Assembly (NCBI GenBank): GCA_902546795.1
Contig: CACCLK010000002.1
Location: 2,061-66,060 of the forward strand
DNA length: 64,000 nt
Direction of reading: 5' to 3'
Source: an uncultured Pelagibacteraceae bacterium
GTDB lineage: Bacteria > Pseudomonadota > Alphaproteobacteria > Pelagibacterales > Pelagibacteraceae
How positions within the stretch are numbered: position 1 is the stretch's first letter; each line of letters starts with the position of its first letter. The translations under genes and the position numbers were made by a program. The notes below the pieces were generated by a model. That model saw nothing but the letters and a program-made list of their open reading frames with translations, had not been told where the DNA came from and ran no database searches. This document shows positions 10,989-19,653 of this stretch, in pieces.

Positions 10989-11683
10989 CTTAATTTTAAT
11001 TCTATTTCTTGATTAAGTTTTATTCCTTTTGTTGAAAATTTACAATCATAGCAGAGCACATTTAATTTTTTCTTAACAGCTTTTATTAATAAATTGTTAT
11101 AATCAGGATCAATATCTTTAGCTATTTCTATTTTATCACAATCATTTCTTTGAATTATAAATACAAGATAAATCTTGTAGCCTTGATTGCTTGCTTTAAG
11201 TAATTCTTCGATATGCTTAAATCCTCTAGCGGTGACTGCATCAGGAAACTCAGCAATACCTTTTTTTCTTGAAAGAGTAACATTTTTTACTTCTATTAAT
11301 GATTTAGTTTTTTGTTCTTCTATGAAAAAATCGAATCTTGTATTTGAATTAAACTTGAATTCTCTTTTAATTTTTTTTTTTCCTTTAAAAGAGTTTATTT
11401 TATCGTTTTCTAAAGCTTCAAAAAAAATTTTATTTGTTAAAAGTGTATTGACACCGATTTTACATTTGTTTTTTTCAATTATTTGTAAGGTATACTGAAG
11501 TTTTCTATTAAGATTATTGCTCTTACTCACCCAAACTTTATTATTTTTATCTAATAGGCCCATCATTGAACCTGTATTAGGACAATGACAAGTGACTATT
11601 TTATTATTTATTTTTATATCAACAAAAAAACGTTTGTATCTTTTTATTAAACTTCCTGATATTAATTCATTTTCGAAATCCAT
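10985..11683 (-). CDS. sfsA: DNA/RNA nuclease SfsA
   Basis: KRYKRFF, HCPNTGSM, RFDF, EVKNVTL, FPDAVTARG.KH. Confidence 0.93.
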   Translation of the reverse strand: MDFENELISGSLIKRYKRFFVDIKINNKIVTCHCPNTGSMMGLLDKNNKVWVSKSNNLNRKLQYTLQIIEKNKCKIGVNTLLTNKIFFEALENDKINSFKGKKKIKREFKFNSNTRFDFFIEEQKTKSLIEVKNVTLSRKKGIAEFPDAVTARGFKHIEELLKASNQGYKIYLVFIIQRNDCDKIEIAKDIDPDYNNLLIKAVKKKLNVLCYDCKFSTKGIKLNQEIELKLR

Positions 11684-11694
11684 AATTCTTTAAT

Positions 11695-12453
11695 ATGAAG
11701 AAAAAAAATAAAAAAGTAAATGCAGCTATTTTAATAATTGGTAATGAGATTTTATCAGGCAGAACGCAAGATAAAAATGTCTCTTTCATTTCTAAATGGT
11801 TAAATGAGAAATGCGGGATATCTGTTGGCGAAGTTAGGGTTATACCTGATATAGAGAAAAAAATTATTTTAACAGTATTGGAACTATCAAGTAAATTTAA
11901 ATATGTTTTTACAACCGGGGGCATTGGACCAACACACGATGATATTACAGCGCAATCTATTGCGAAAGCTTTTAAGAAAAAATACACTTTTCATCCAGAA
12001 GCTTATCGAATTTTAGAAAAGTATTATGGAAAAAAAAATTTTAACGATGGACGAAAAAAAATGGCAATGATGCCCCAAGATTCAAAATTAATTTATAATC
12101 CATCCAGCGCAGCCCCAGGTTTTAAAATTAAAAATGTTTTATGTTTTCCAGGCGTCCCACAAATTTTAAATTCAATGATTGAAAATTGTAAAAAGTTCTT
12201 ATCAAAAGGATCTAAAACATTTAGTAGAACCATAAACTTACTAACTGTTGAAAGCACAATTTCAAAAGAGCTTGGTTTAATACAAAAAAAATATATCAAA
12301 AATATTGAGATTGGTAGCTATCCTTTTTTTAGAGTAGGAAAAATTGGGGTTTCTGTAGTTTTAAGATCTGAAAATAAAAAATTTATAAACCTAGTTGCAA
12401 AAGAGGTGAATAAAGTAGCAAAAAATAAAAGATTAAAAATTTTTAAATATTAA
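11695..12453 (+). CDS. CinA-like molybdopterin-binding-domain protein (no PncC domain)
   Basis: IGNEILSGRTQDKN, TTGGIGPTHDDIT, PGVP, IGSYP. Confidence 0.85.
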   Translation: MKKKNKKVNAAILIIGNEILSGRTQDKNVSFISKWLNEKCGISVGEVRVIPDIEKKIILTVLELSSKFKYVFTTGGIGPTHDDITAQSIAKAFKKKYTFHPEAYRILEKYYGKKNFNDGRKKMAMMPQDSKLIYNPSSAAPGFKIKNVLCFPGVPQILNSMIENCKKFLSKGSKTFSRTINLLTVESTISKELGLIQKKYIKNIEIGSYPFFRVGKIGVSVVLRSENKKFINLVAKEVNKVAKNKRLKIFKY

Positions 12454-13406
12454 AATTTATCTAAAACATCTTTTACAGTTATCTTTGAGATATCTTTAGT
12501 CTTGTAAATTAATTTGCTATCTAAAATTTTAATTTTTTCATGCCTAGGTGCAAATTTTAAGGAATTTGTTGGACCAAAAAGAACTATCATTGGTGCTCCA
12601 GACAAACCAATCATATGCATTACTCCATTATCAATTGAAACAGAATTTTCAAGTCGTGTTGATAAAGCCGTAACCATTAATGGCGAAGGATTATTTATAT
12701 TTTTTTCTGGAAAAATAGCGCTTGGTATTTCTTTCTTTATTTTTTCAATTAAGTCGGAATATTTAGACTCTATAAAAAAAACAGGTTTTTTATTTTGACT
12801 TAGAATTTTTTTGGATAAAGATAAAAAATTTTCTAAAGGCCAAGTTTTTTTGCGATACTCATTTCCTTGAGTTAATGAAATTCCTATATAGTTGTTATCT
12901 GGTAAAATTTTTTTTGCAATTTCTAGATAGTCCCGAGGAATGCAGTCAATGTTAAAGTTTTTTCGGCTTATTTTTTTATCTATAAGAGCACTAATGTTAT
13001 GTAGAGTCATTTCAACATTATCATCAGTTGAAATATAATTCTTTTTTTCACTACAAAAATAAAAATTAAAGGTTGATGAATAAAATTTAAAATGTGGCAG
13101 CTGTTTTAATATTAAAGTATTTCGTATTTTTGATTGCAGGTCTATTATTATATCAAATTTTATTTTTACTCTATTTTTTACAGCGAATAGGTGCCACCAT
13201 CTAAAACCAAAATATTTTATATTTATATCAAGATCAACAAGCGAAAGCCTAAAATCTTTAAGCTTATCGGAAAAATGATTGTTATGAGAACTAATATAGT
13301 AAATTTCAGACTTATTGAAATGAGACTGTAAGCTTAAAATTAAAGGAATAAGCTGAATAGAGTCACCCAAACCTCCACCTGAATTATATAAAAGAATTTT
13401 CTTCAC
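12450..13406 (-). CDS. Glycosyltransferase family 9 (heptosyltransferase-like)
   Basis: N-terminal GLGD, IIDLQ, K.WPLENF, D.G.MH, LFGPT; likely GTG start at 13406. Confidence 0.85.
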   Translation of the reverse strand: MKKILLYNSGGGLGDSIQLIPLILSLQSHFNKSEIYYISSHNNHFSDKLKDFRLSLVDLDINIKYFGFRWWHLFAVKNRVKIKFDIIIDLQSKIRNTLILKQLPHFKFYSSTFNFYFCSEKKNYISTDDNVEMTLHNISALIDKKISRKNFNIDCIPRDYLEIAKKILPDNNYIGISLTQGNEYRKKTWPLENFLSLSKKILSQNKKPVFFIESKYSDLIEKIKKEIPSAIFPEKNINNPSPLMVTALSTRLENSVSIDNGVMHMIGLSGAPMIVLFGPTNSLKFAPRHEKIKILDSKLIYKTKDISKITVKDVLDKF

Positions 13407-13438
13407 CAATAATATATATAGTTTTATATAACGAATTT

Positions 13439-14545
13439 ATGATAAAAAAAATTTTTTTATTTTCAATATTTACATTAGTTTTGATAGAGTTTTTTTCATT
13501 TGTAGCTTCAAAATTTAACTTGTTACTTATTAATAATGATCCTGAATATGTGTATAGCTACGGAAATAAGTGGAGAGTCGAAAACACACCCTGGGGATCT
13601 TGGCATAGAATAAATTTTAAGGATAATCATGTGAGCAAATGTTTTAATGTAACTTATCAATCTAATAATGTGGGGGCTAGAGACGAAGAAGATTACGATG
13701 AAAAGTTTAATAAAGACTCAATAATATTACTTGGTGATAGTTTTGCCGAGGGTTTTGCAGTGAATTTTGAAGATACTTTCCACCAAAAATTAGAAAAAAA
13801 AATAAACAAAAATATTTTAAACTTTGGATCAGCAGGTCACTTTGGTCCTTTACAATCCCAAATTATTTACGATCAGTTTGCAAAAAAATATAAACATAAC
13901 GAATTAATATTTATGTTTTTCCCCCATAACGATTTTTTGGATAATAATTGGAAATATTGGAAAAAAAAAATAAGAAAATTAAGAAATAGACCTTATTTAG
14001 TTAAAAACAAAACCAGTAATGAATTTGAAGTTTTTTACCCATCAGAAAATTCAAAGATAGATTTTTTTGTAAAAGATTTAATTTTTAATAAAGCTCAAAC
14101 TTTTTTAATAAAATATACTTATACAGCTAATACTCTTAGAACTTTAAATTCACTTTATGAAAATTATTTTTATAATGATAAAGAAAATAAAGATCGCTCT
14201 TATTCACTGTCTTATTACTACAAAGAAATTTCCTCTGTTGAGTCAACAATGCATTCAATAAATAGTTTATTATTATCAGCAGGTAAATCACAAAAAAAAA
14301 CTATTATTATTATACCTACAATTGAAGATTTAAAAAGAAAGGAGAGGGGAGAAGACTACAAAAATTACTTGTGGTTTAAAAAAATTCAATCACTTTCAAA
14401 AAGCACATCCACTAATTTAATTGATCTTGCAGATTTTTTAAACACTACAGATTACTCAAAAATGATATACGAATGTGATTTTCATTGGAATCCAAAAGGT
14501 CATTCATTTGTTGCTGATTTAATATTTGAAAAAATCTATAATTAA
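13439..14545 (+). CDS. Membrane-anchored SGNH/GDSL hydrolase (AlgJ/AlgX-like O-acyltransferase or esterase)
   Basis: N-terminal TM helix; LLGDSF (block I), NFGSAG (II), PHND (III), DFHWN..GH (V). Confidence 0.75.
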   Translation: MIKKIFLFSIFTLVLIEFFSFVASKFNLLLINNDPEYVYSYGNKWRVENTPWGSWHRINFKDNHVSKCFNVTYQSNNVGARDEEDYDEKFNKDSIILLGDSFAEGFAVNFEDTFHQKLEKKINKNILNFGSAGHFGPLQSQIIYDQFAKKYKHNELIFMFFPHNDFLDNNWKYWKKKIRKLRNRPYLVKNKTSNEFEVFYPSENSKIDFFVKDLIFNKAQTFLIKYTYTANTLRTLNSLYENYFYNDKENKDRSYSLSYYYKEISSVESTMHSINSLLLSAGKSQKKTIIIIPTIEDLKRKERGEDYKNYLWFKKIQSLSKSTSTNLIDLADFLNTTDYSKMIYECDFHWNPKGHSFVADLIFEKIYN

Positions 14546-14578
14546 TATAAATGTAATCAGGTTCAAATATCTTTATTT

Positions 14579-15937
14579 ATGAAATTTTTAATTTTAGATA
14601 TCTACCCAAATGATGACTGGAGATTAGTCAAAGATACTGCTGGTGGCTATGGAACTGGTAACGATTTTGGAAATAGTATTTTTTCAAAAGCAGTAAACTT
14701 TTTTGTGTCAAAAATGATCAGCATGCCACCAATGTATGCTTTATACATACACTCAATTTTAAAAAACAGGAATGTTTCAGTAGAGTACGAGAGAAATATA
14801 AATAACAAAAAACTCATTGAAGAAGCTGATTATATTATTATGACTACATCGATAATTTCTCATGAGACTGAAATAAATTTTTTAAACACCAATATTGCAA
14901 AAAACAAAAAAATTTTTATTTCTGGAATATTTGGTAACGTTTTAAAGGATAAATATAAACTTAAAAATACTTTTATTGTACCAGGTGAACCAGAAAACTT
15001 TTTTCTTAATTTAAATTTAGATAAAAATGAATTAGATGGTTTTTTTAATGGAGATCAAAAAACACAAATTAATAATTATGTCGACAATCTTGATGATTTA
15101 CCGTTTCCTGATTGGAGTTATTATCTCAAAAAATACCCACTAAAAAATAATTTTTTAGGCTACAATAAAAAAAATGCAATTCCAATTTTAGCTTCTCGGG
15201 GTTGCCCTTACTCATGTTTCAACTACTGTACTTACCCATTGCAACAAGGAAGAAAAGTAAGATATAGATCACCAAAAAACGTTGTTGATGAAATAAAACT
15301 CAATATTGAAAAAAATAGAACTAATAAATTTGTGTTTAGAGACCCAGTTTTTTCTATAAATAGAAAATATACAGTCGATCTTTGTGAGGAAATAATAAAA
15401 GAAGAACTTAAAATTGAGTTTTTAATTGAAACCCATCTAAAAAATTTAGATGATGATTTAATAGCACTTCTAAAAAAAGCAGGTTTAAAACTTGTTTATG
15501 TGGGAATAGAGTCTTCAAATCCAGATGTCTTAAAAGGTGTTAAAAGATTTACAATTGATAATGATGAGCAATATAAATTAATAAAGAACTTAGTCGAACA
15601 AGGCATTGTAGTTAAATCAATGTTTATGTTCGGCCAACCAGACGATAATGAGGAAACAATTAAAAGGACAATTGATTATTCTTTATCACTCCCAAATCAA
15701 CTTGTTCAATATAGTGTTTTCACACCTTACCCTGGAACACCGATATATAAAGCCTATGAGGATAAAATTATTGAAAAAAAATATGAAAAATTTAATCAAT
15801 ACAATTTAGTTTACCAACACAAAAATTTAGAAAATTCAGATATTATAAAGTTAAAAAACTATGGATACCAAAAATTTTACTCAAATTTTAAAAATTTAAC
15901 AACTGTACTTAAGTCTTTTTCAAGCTTATTAAGATAG
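14579..15937 (+). CDS. Radical SAM protein, class B-like (N-terminal B12-binding-like domain)
   Basis: DLDDLPFPDW, SRGCPYSCFNYC, R.RSPKNVVDEI, VGIES, FMFG.P.D, TPYPGT. Confidence 0.8.
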   Translation: MKFLILDIYPNDDWRLVKDTAGGYGTGNDFGNSIFSKAVNFFVSKMISMPPMYALYIHSILKNRNVSVEYERNINNKKLIEEADYIIMTTSIISHETEINFLNTNIAKNKKIFISGIFGNVLKDKYKLKNTFIVPGEPENFFLNLNLDKNELDGFFNGDQKTQINNYVDNLDDLPFPDWSYYLKKYPLKNNFLGYNKKNAIPILASRGCPYSCFNYCTYPLQQGRKVRYRSPKNVVDEIKLNIEKNRTNKFVFRDPVFSINRKYTVDLCEEIIKEELKIEFLIETHLKNLDDDLIALLKKAGLKLVYVGIESSNPDVLKGVKRFTIDNDEQYKLIKNLVEQGIVVKSMFMFGQPDDNEETIKRTIDYSLSLPNQLVQYSVFTPYPGTPIYKAYEDKIIEKKYEKFNQYNLVYQHKNLENSDIIKLKNYGYQKFYSNFKNLTTVLKSFSSLLR

Positions 15938-15941
15938 AGAA

Positions 15942-17765
15942 GTGATAAAAAAAATTAATTTTATTATATCTTTAATTCTTATTGTGATGCTTTGTTCTTT
16001 TTTATGGAATAAAATCACTTTACCTTATTACAATCCTAGAGAAACTATTGGTTATTTATCTACTCAAAATATTAATTATTTAAATGATACAATAAGATAC
16101 GTATTATTTATTTTGATACCTCTAATTTATTTTTTTTTTTACATAAAAATTCTTTATCCTAAAACACTGACTCCAATCAAAAATCTTTTTTCTTTAAAAA
16201 AAGAAAAAAAAAATAGTTTTTGTTTTAAAGATATTAAATATATATTTCTTTTCTTTACTTTAATTATATTTCTTAATTTTTTTTCTTCAAATTTACCCAA
16301 TATATATCTAGATAATTTTCATTATGGGGATTATTTAACACCAGGATTTAATGTAATTTCGAAAGGAAATTTTTGGCAATCTTCTCTTACTATTCATGGT
16401 GGAGTTGATTTTTTTTATACTATTTTATCTTGGAAAATTTTTGGCGTTCAATCGATTGGCTCTCTCAAGTTTTTTTATCACTCATTAAATATATTGGTTA
16501 AATTAATCTCAATTTTTTTTATATTTAAATTATCTCAATTAGGGAATTTAAATAAAAATAATAAAATATTGCTATTTTCACTATTAAGCATTGTTACTCT
16601 TACTTTAAGTGGATTTAATGAACAGGAAAATCCACTTAATCATAGAGATCTATTTGTTTTAGTTTATCTAATTTTTTTAATTCAATTTTTTAAAAGAGAA
16701 TATTACCAAACAAGTATTATTGCAGTTGGTCTGGTGCCATCTATCGCTTTGATATTTTACTTTGATAGCGGAATGTATTTGTATTTTGCTAGTTTTGCTC
16801 TTTTAATTTACCTATTTATCTCTAAGCAATTTATGATAATCAAAAAGATAATATTTTTAAAAATACTTTTTTGGTTATTTTTTATTCTTATTTTTGGTTT
16901 AAATGAATTAATTGCCTTTTTTCAGAATTTAATTTTAATAGTCCAAAATGTTGATATTCTCCATGGTTTAGAATTTCCAAGACCTTACTTTTCATTAGGA
17001 GAAGATCAAGATTCAGCTAGAGCCACTAGATCGCTAACTTTGCAATTGATTGCTGGATTGTTAATTTTTTATGTATCTTTTTTGAAAAATAATGAGTTCA
17101 AAAATAGTGAAAAAATCTTTTTTTTAATGTTTTTTTTTATTACTTTTATTACTTATAAAAATGCTCTAGGTAGATCTGACACTGATCACATTAAACTTTC
17201 AAGTGATTGGCAAATAATTATTGTAAGTTATTTTTTAATCTATTTTTTTATTAATGTAGTAGTAAAGGGCCACTTAAAAAAAATTGATCAAAATAAGCTT
17301 AAAACTTTTATTTTAATTATAATTTTTGGTGTGAATATTAACTCCATTAACATCAAGAATATAAATAATTTTAAAACAGAAAGTTCAAAATTAATTTATT
17401 CAAAGGATGAAAAGTTTCTTAAAAACTCAACTAAAAATCTAATTAATCTTTTTAGCTCAAGTAAAGTTAAACCAAATTGCATACAAAATTTTACAACCGA
17501 TCTTTCTTTACCATATTTAACAAAGCTGCCTTCGTGTAATAAATATTTTGCATCGTGGTTAATAAGTGATAAAAAAAATCAGGAAAAGTATACAAAAGGC
17601 TTAGAAAACAAAAATATCCAATTGATCGTGTATAAAGCACCATCGATCAAGATCGATAATTTATCTACCTCATCAAGATTAATAAAAGCTAATAAATTTA
17701 TAATCGAAAATTTTAAGGAAGTGCACAACCTTGATGGTTATGTAATTTTAGAGAGAAGACGCTAA
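15942..17765 (+). CDS. Large polytopic membrane protein (possible GT-C-fold transferase)
   Basis: About 12 hydrophobic segments with polar loop motifs DNFHYGD and GRSDTDH, soluble C-terminal domain; GTG start. Confidence 0.55.
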   Translation: MIKKINFIISLILIVMLCSFLWNKITLPYYNPRETIGYLSTQNINYLNDTIRYVLFILIPLIYFFFYIKILYPKTLTPIKNLFSLKKEKKNSFCFKDIKYIFLFFTLIIFLNFFSSNLPNIYLDNFHYGDYLTPGFNVISKGNFWQSSLTIHGGVDFFYTILSWKIFGVQSIGSLKFFYHSLNILVKLISIFFIFKLSQLGNLNKNNKILLFSLLSIVTLTLSGFNEQENPLNHRDLFVLVYLIFLIQFFKREYYQTSIIAVGLVPSIALIFYFDSGMYLYFASFALLIYLFISKQFMIIKKIIFLKILFWLFFILIFGLNELIAFFQNLILIVQNVDILHGLEFPRPYFSLGEDQDSARATRSLTLQLIAGLLIFYVSFLKNNEFKNSEKIFFLMFFFITFITYKNALGRSDTDHIKLSSDWQIIIVSYFLIYFFINVVVKGHLKKIDQNKLKTFILIIIFGVNINSINIKNINNFKTESSKLIYSKDEKFLKNSTKNLINLFSSSKVKPNCIQNFTTDLSLPYLTKLPSCNKYFASWLISDKKNQEKYTKGLENKNIQLIVYKAPSIKIDNLSTSSRLIKANKFIIENFKEVHNLDGYVILERRR

Positions 17766-17777
17766 AAAAATTTATTT

Positions 17778-17805
17778 TTGCCAAATTTGTTAATTAATGT
17801 ATATA
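17778..17805 (+). promoter_or_regulatory. Putative promoter of tRNA-Leu
   Basis: TTGCCA (17778-17783), 16 nt, TATATA (17800-17805), 10 nt before the tRNA. Confidence 0.45.
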
Positions 17806-17815
17806 TATGCAGAAA

Positions 17816-17901
17816 GCCCTCGTGGTGAAATTGGTAGACACAAAGGACTTAAAATCCTTGCCCTTTTGGGAGTGCCAGTTCGAGTCTGGCCGAGGGCACC
17901 A
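17816..17901 (+). tRNA. tRNA-Leu (anticodon TAA)
   Basis: GCCCTCG/CGAGGGC acceptor stem plus ACCA; AAGGA-CTTAAAA-TCCTT anticodon arm; long variable arm; GTTCGAG T-loop. Confidence 0.96.
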
Positions 17902-17906
17902 AAAAA

Positions 17907-18677
17907 ATGAATAAACTAAAAATAATTTCAGATAAAAATTTGAAATCTTTAAAAATAAAAAGATTTCTTCTAAAAAAACTTAAAAATAATTTTATAAATA
18001 TTAAAAATCTTCTAATTGTAATCGGAGGAGATGGTTTTATGCTCCAAACTTTAAAAAGATTTATAAAGAAAAATTATTTTTTTTATGGAATTAATTCAGG
18101 TAATTACGGCTTCTTAATGAATAAATTTTCATCACGTAATATTTTAAAAAATTTAAAAAAAACAAAAATTGTTAGTATTTTCCCTCTTGAAATGAAAGTA
18201 AGAAGCAAGATTGGTGAAATAAAAAAATTCCTCGCTATAAATGAAGTTTCTATTTTGAGACAAAGCAGACAAGCAGCATTTTTGTCAGTGAAAGGCGGAA
18301 AAAAATTTATTATTAAAAAATTGATCTCAGATGGTGTCTTAATTTCTACGCCTGCAGGAAGTACAGCTTACAATTTATCAGTCTACGGTCCAATATTGAA
18401 TCTTAATTCAAAAAAAATCTCAATATCTCCTATCAGTGCTTTTAGACCTAGAAGGTGGAAGGGAAAAATTTTAAACGATAAAACAAAAATAATTATTAAA
18501 AATCTCAATCCGCAAAAAAGACCAATAAGCGCAGTGGCTGATAACAGTGAAATAAGAAATGCCATTAAAATTGAAGTTAAAATAAACAAAAATATAAAAT
18601 TTAATCTTTTATATGACAAAAATCAAAGTCTTCATAAAAAAATTAAATTAGAGCAATTAAGAAAAGAGATAAACTAG
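17907..18677 (+). CDS. nadK: NAD kinase
   Basis: GGDGFML, G..GFLMN, AINE, DG...STPAGSTAYNLS. Confidence 0.92.
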   Translation: MNKLKIISDKNLKSLKIKRFLLKKLKNNFINIKNLLIVIGGDGFMLQTLKRFIKKNYFFYGINSGNYGFLMNKFSSRNILKNLKKTKIVSIFPLEMKVRSKIGEIKKFLAINEVSILRQSRQAAFLSVKGGKKFIIKKLISDGVLISTPAGSTAYNLSVYGPILNLNSKKISISPISAFRPRRWKGKILNDKTKIIIKNLNPQKRPISAVADNSEIRNAIKIEVKINKNIKFNLLYDKNQSLHKKIKLEQLRKEIN

Positions 18678-18753
18678 TGGTGCCCTCACACGGACTCGAA
18701 CCGCGAACCTACTGATTACAAATCAGTTGCTCTACCAATTGAGCTATGAGGGC
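18678..18753 (-). tRNA. tRNA-Thr (anticodon TGT)
   Basis: Reverse complement GCCCTCATAGCTCAATTGGTAGAGCA-ACTGA-TTTGTAA-TCAGT-AGGTTCGCGGTTCGAGTCCGTGTGAGGGCACCA. Confidence 0.96.
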
Positions 18754-18813
18754 TTAAGGGTTTTCTAGATTAAATTACAAATTAATTCAAGAGTATTAAA
18801 TTTAGAATTATCT

Positions 18814-19614
18814 TTAATTTTCTTTTATATTAAACTCTGAGTCCTTTTTTAAACCAAGTCTTTTGAGTCTTAGAACGTATTTTATTAAAAATTTAATTAC
18901 ATAAAAAAAGCTTCTATTGCTTACTTTTGCTATGGCTTGATCATAATTAATAATATTTTTATGATTTTTATGAATAAATTTTTCAAAATTATCGTAATCA
19001 TTTTCTTTCCACATTTGTAAATGTAGTTTAGTTGATTGAATTCCAAAAGGTAATATCAAAACCTTTTCAAATAACTGAGGAATGAATCTTATATTGTTTT
19101 CTTCGTAAGGCATTAGTCCATATCCATCAATAACTTCGTTGATGCCACATTCTTTAAGTGCAATGAAGGTGTTTTCATCATAAGTTTGGTTAGGAGCAAA
19201 AAAAGTTCTTATTTTGATATTTTCTTTTTTAAATTTTTCTAATCCTTTTTTTATTTTTTCTATCTGAACATTTATTGGATGACTAAAAAACTCACTTCCA
19301 CCGCCGTAATTAAAATAATCTGCTTTTTTTTTACAAAGTCTGTCATAAATATGCGTGTACCCGTGCATTGCAACCTCCCATCCCATTTTATCCCATTTTC
19401 TAATTTGCTCCCAAAAATTTTCATTTCTCGGATGGTTAAAAAAAAAATCATCTTTGTTGTTCGGAATCACACCAATGACTGGTTTGATAGAATATTTCTC
19501 AAATAAACTCTCCAAATGTCTCATTTTATTCCAGTCCATATTTTCACAAACATCATCAATACGGATTAAAATACCAGTATTTTCTTTTAAATAATTTTTG
19601 ACAATAGAAAACAT
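18814..19614 (-). CDS. Polysaccharide deacetylase (CE4/NodB-like, DUF2334-type)
   Basis: IRIDDV, GVIP, MHGYTH metal ligands, SEF, FFAP motif, late His. Confidence 0.78.
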   Translation of the reverse strand: MFSIVKNYLKENTGILIRIDDVCENMDWNKMRHLESLFEKYSIKPVIGVIPNNKDDFFFNHPRNENFWEQIRKWDKMGWEVAMHGYTHIYDRLCKKKADYFNYGGGSEFFSHPINVQIEKIKKGLEKFKKENIKIRTFFAPNQTYDENTFIALKECGINEVIDGYGLMPYEENNIRFIPQLFEKVLILPFGIQSTKLHLQMWKENDYDNFEKFIHKNHKNIINYDQAIAKVSNRSFFYVIKFLIKYVLRLKRLGLKKDSEFNIKEN

Positions 19615-19653
19615 AATGTATTATAGCTAAAATTCTTTTATATGTAATTAAAA

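Noticed and set aside
16130-16140. T11 tract in the membrane protein as a phase-variation switch
   Set aside because: Gene is in frame and equally long tracts occur in core genes (T11 at 11371-11381 in sfsA); expected in an AT-rich genome
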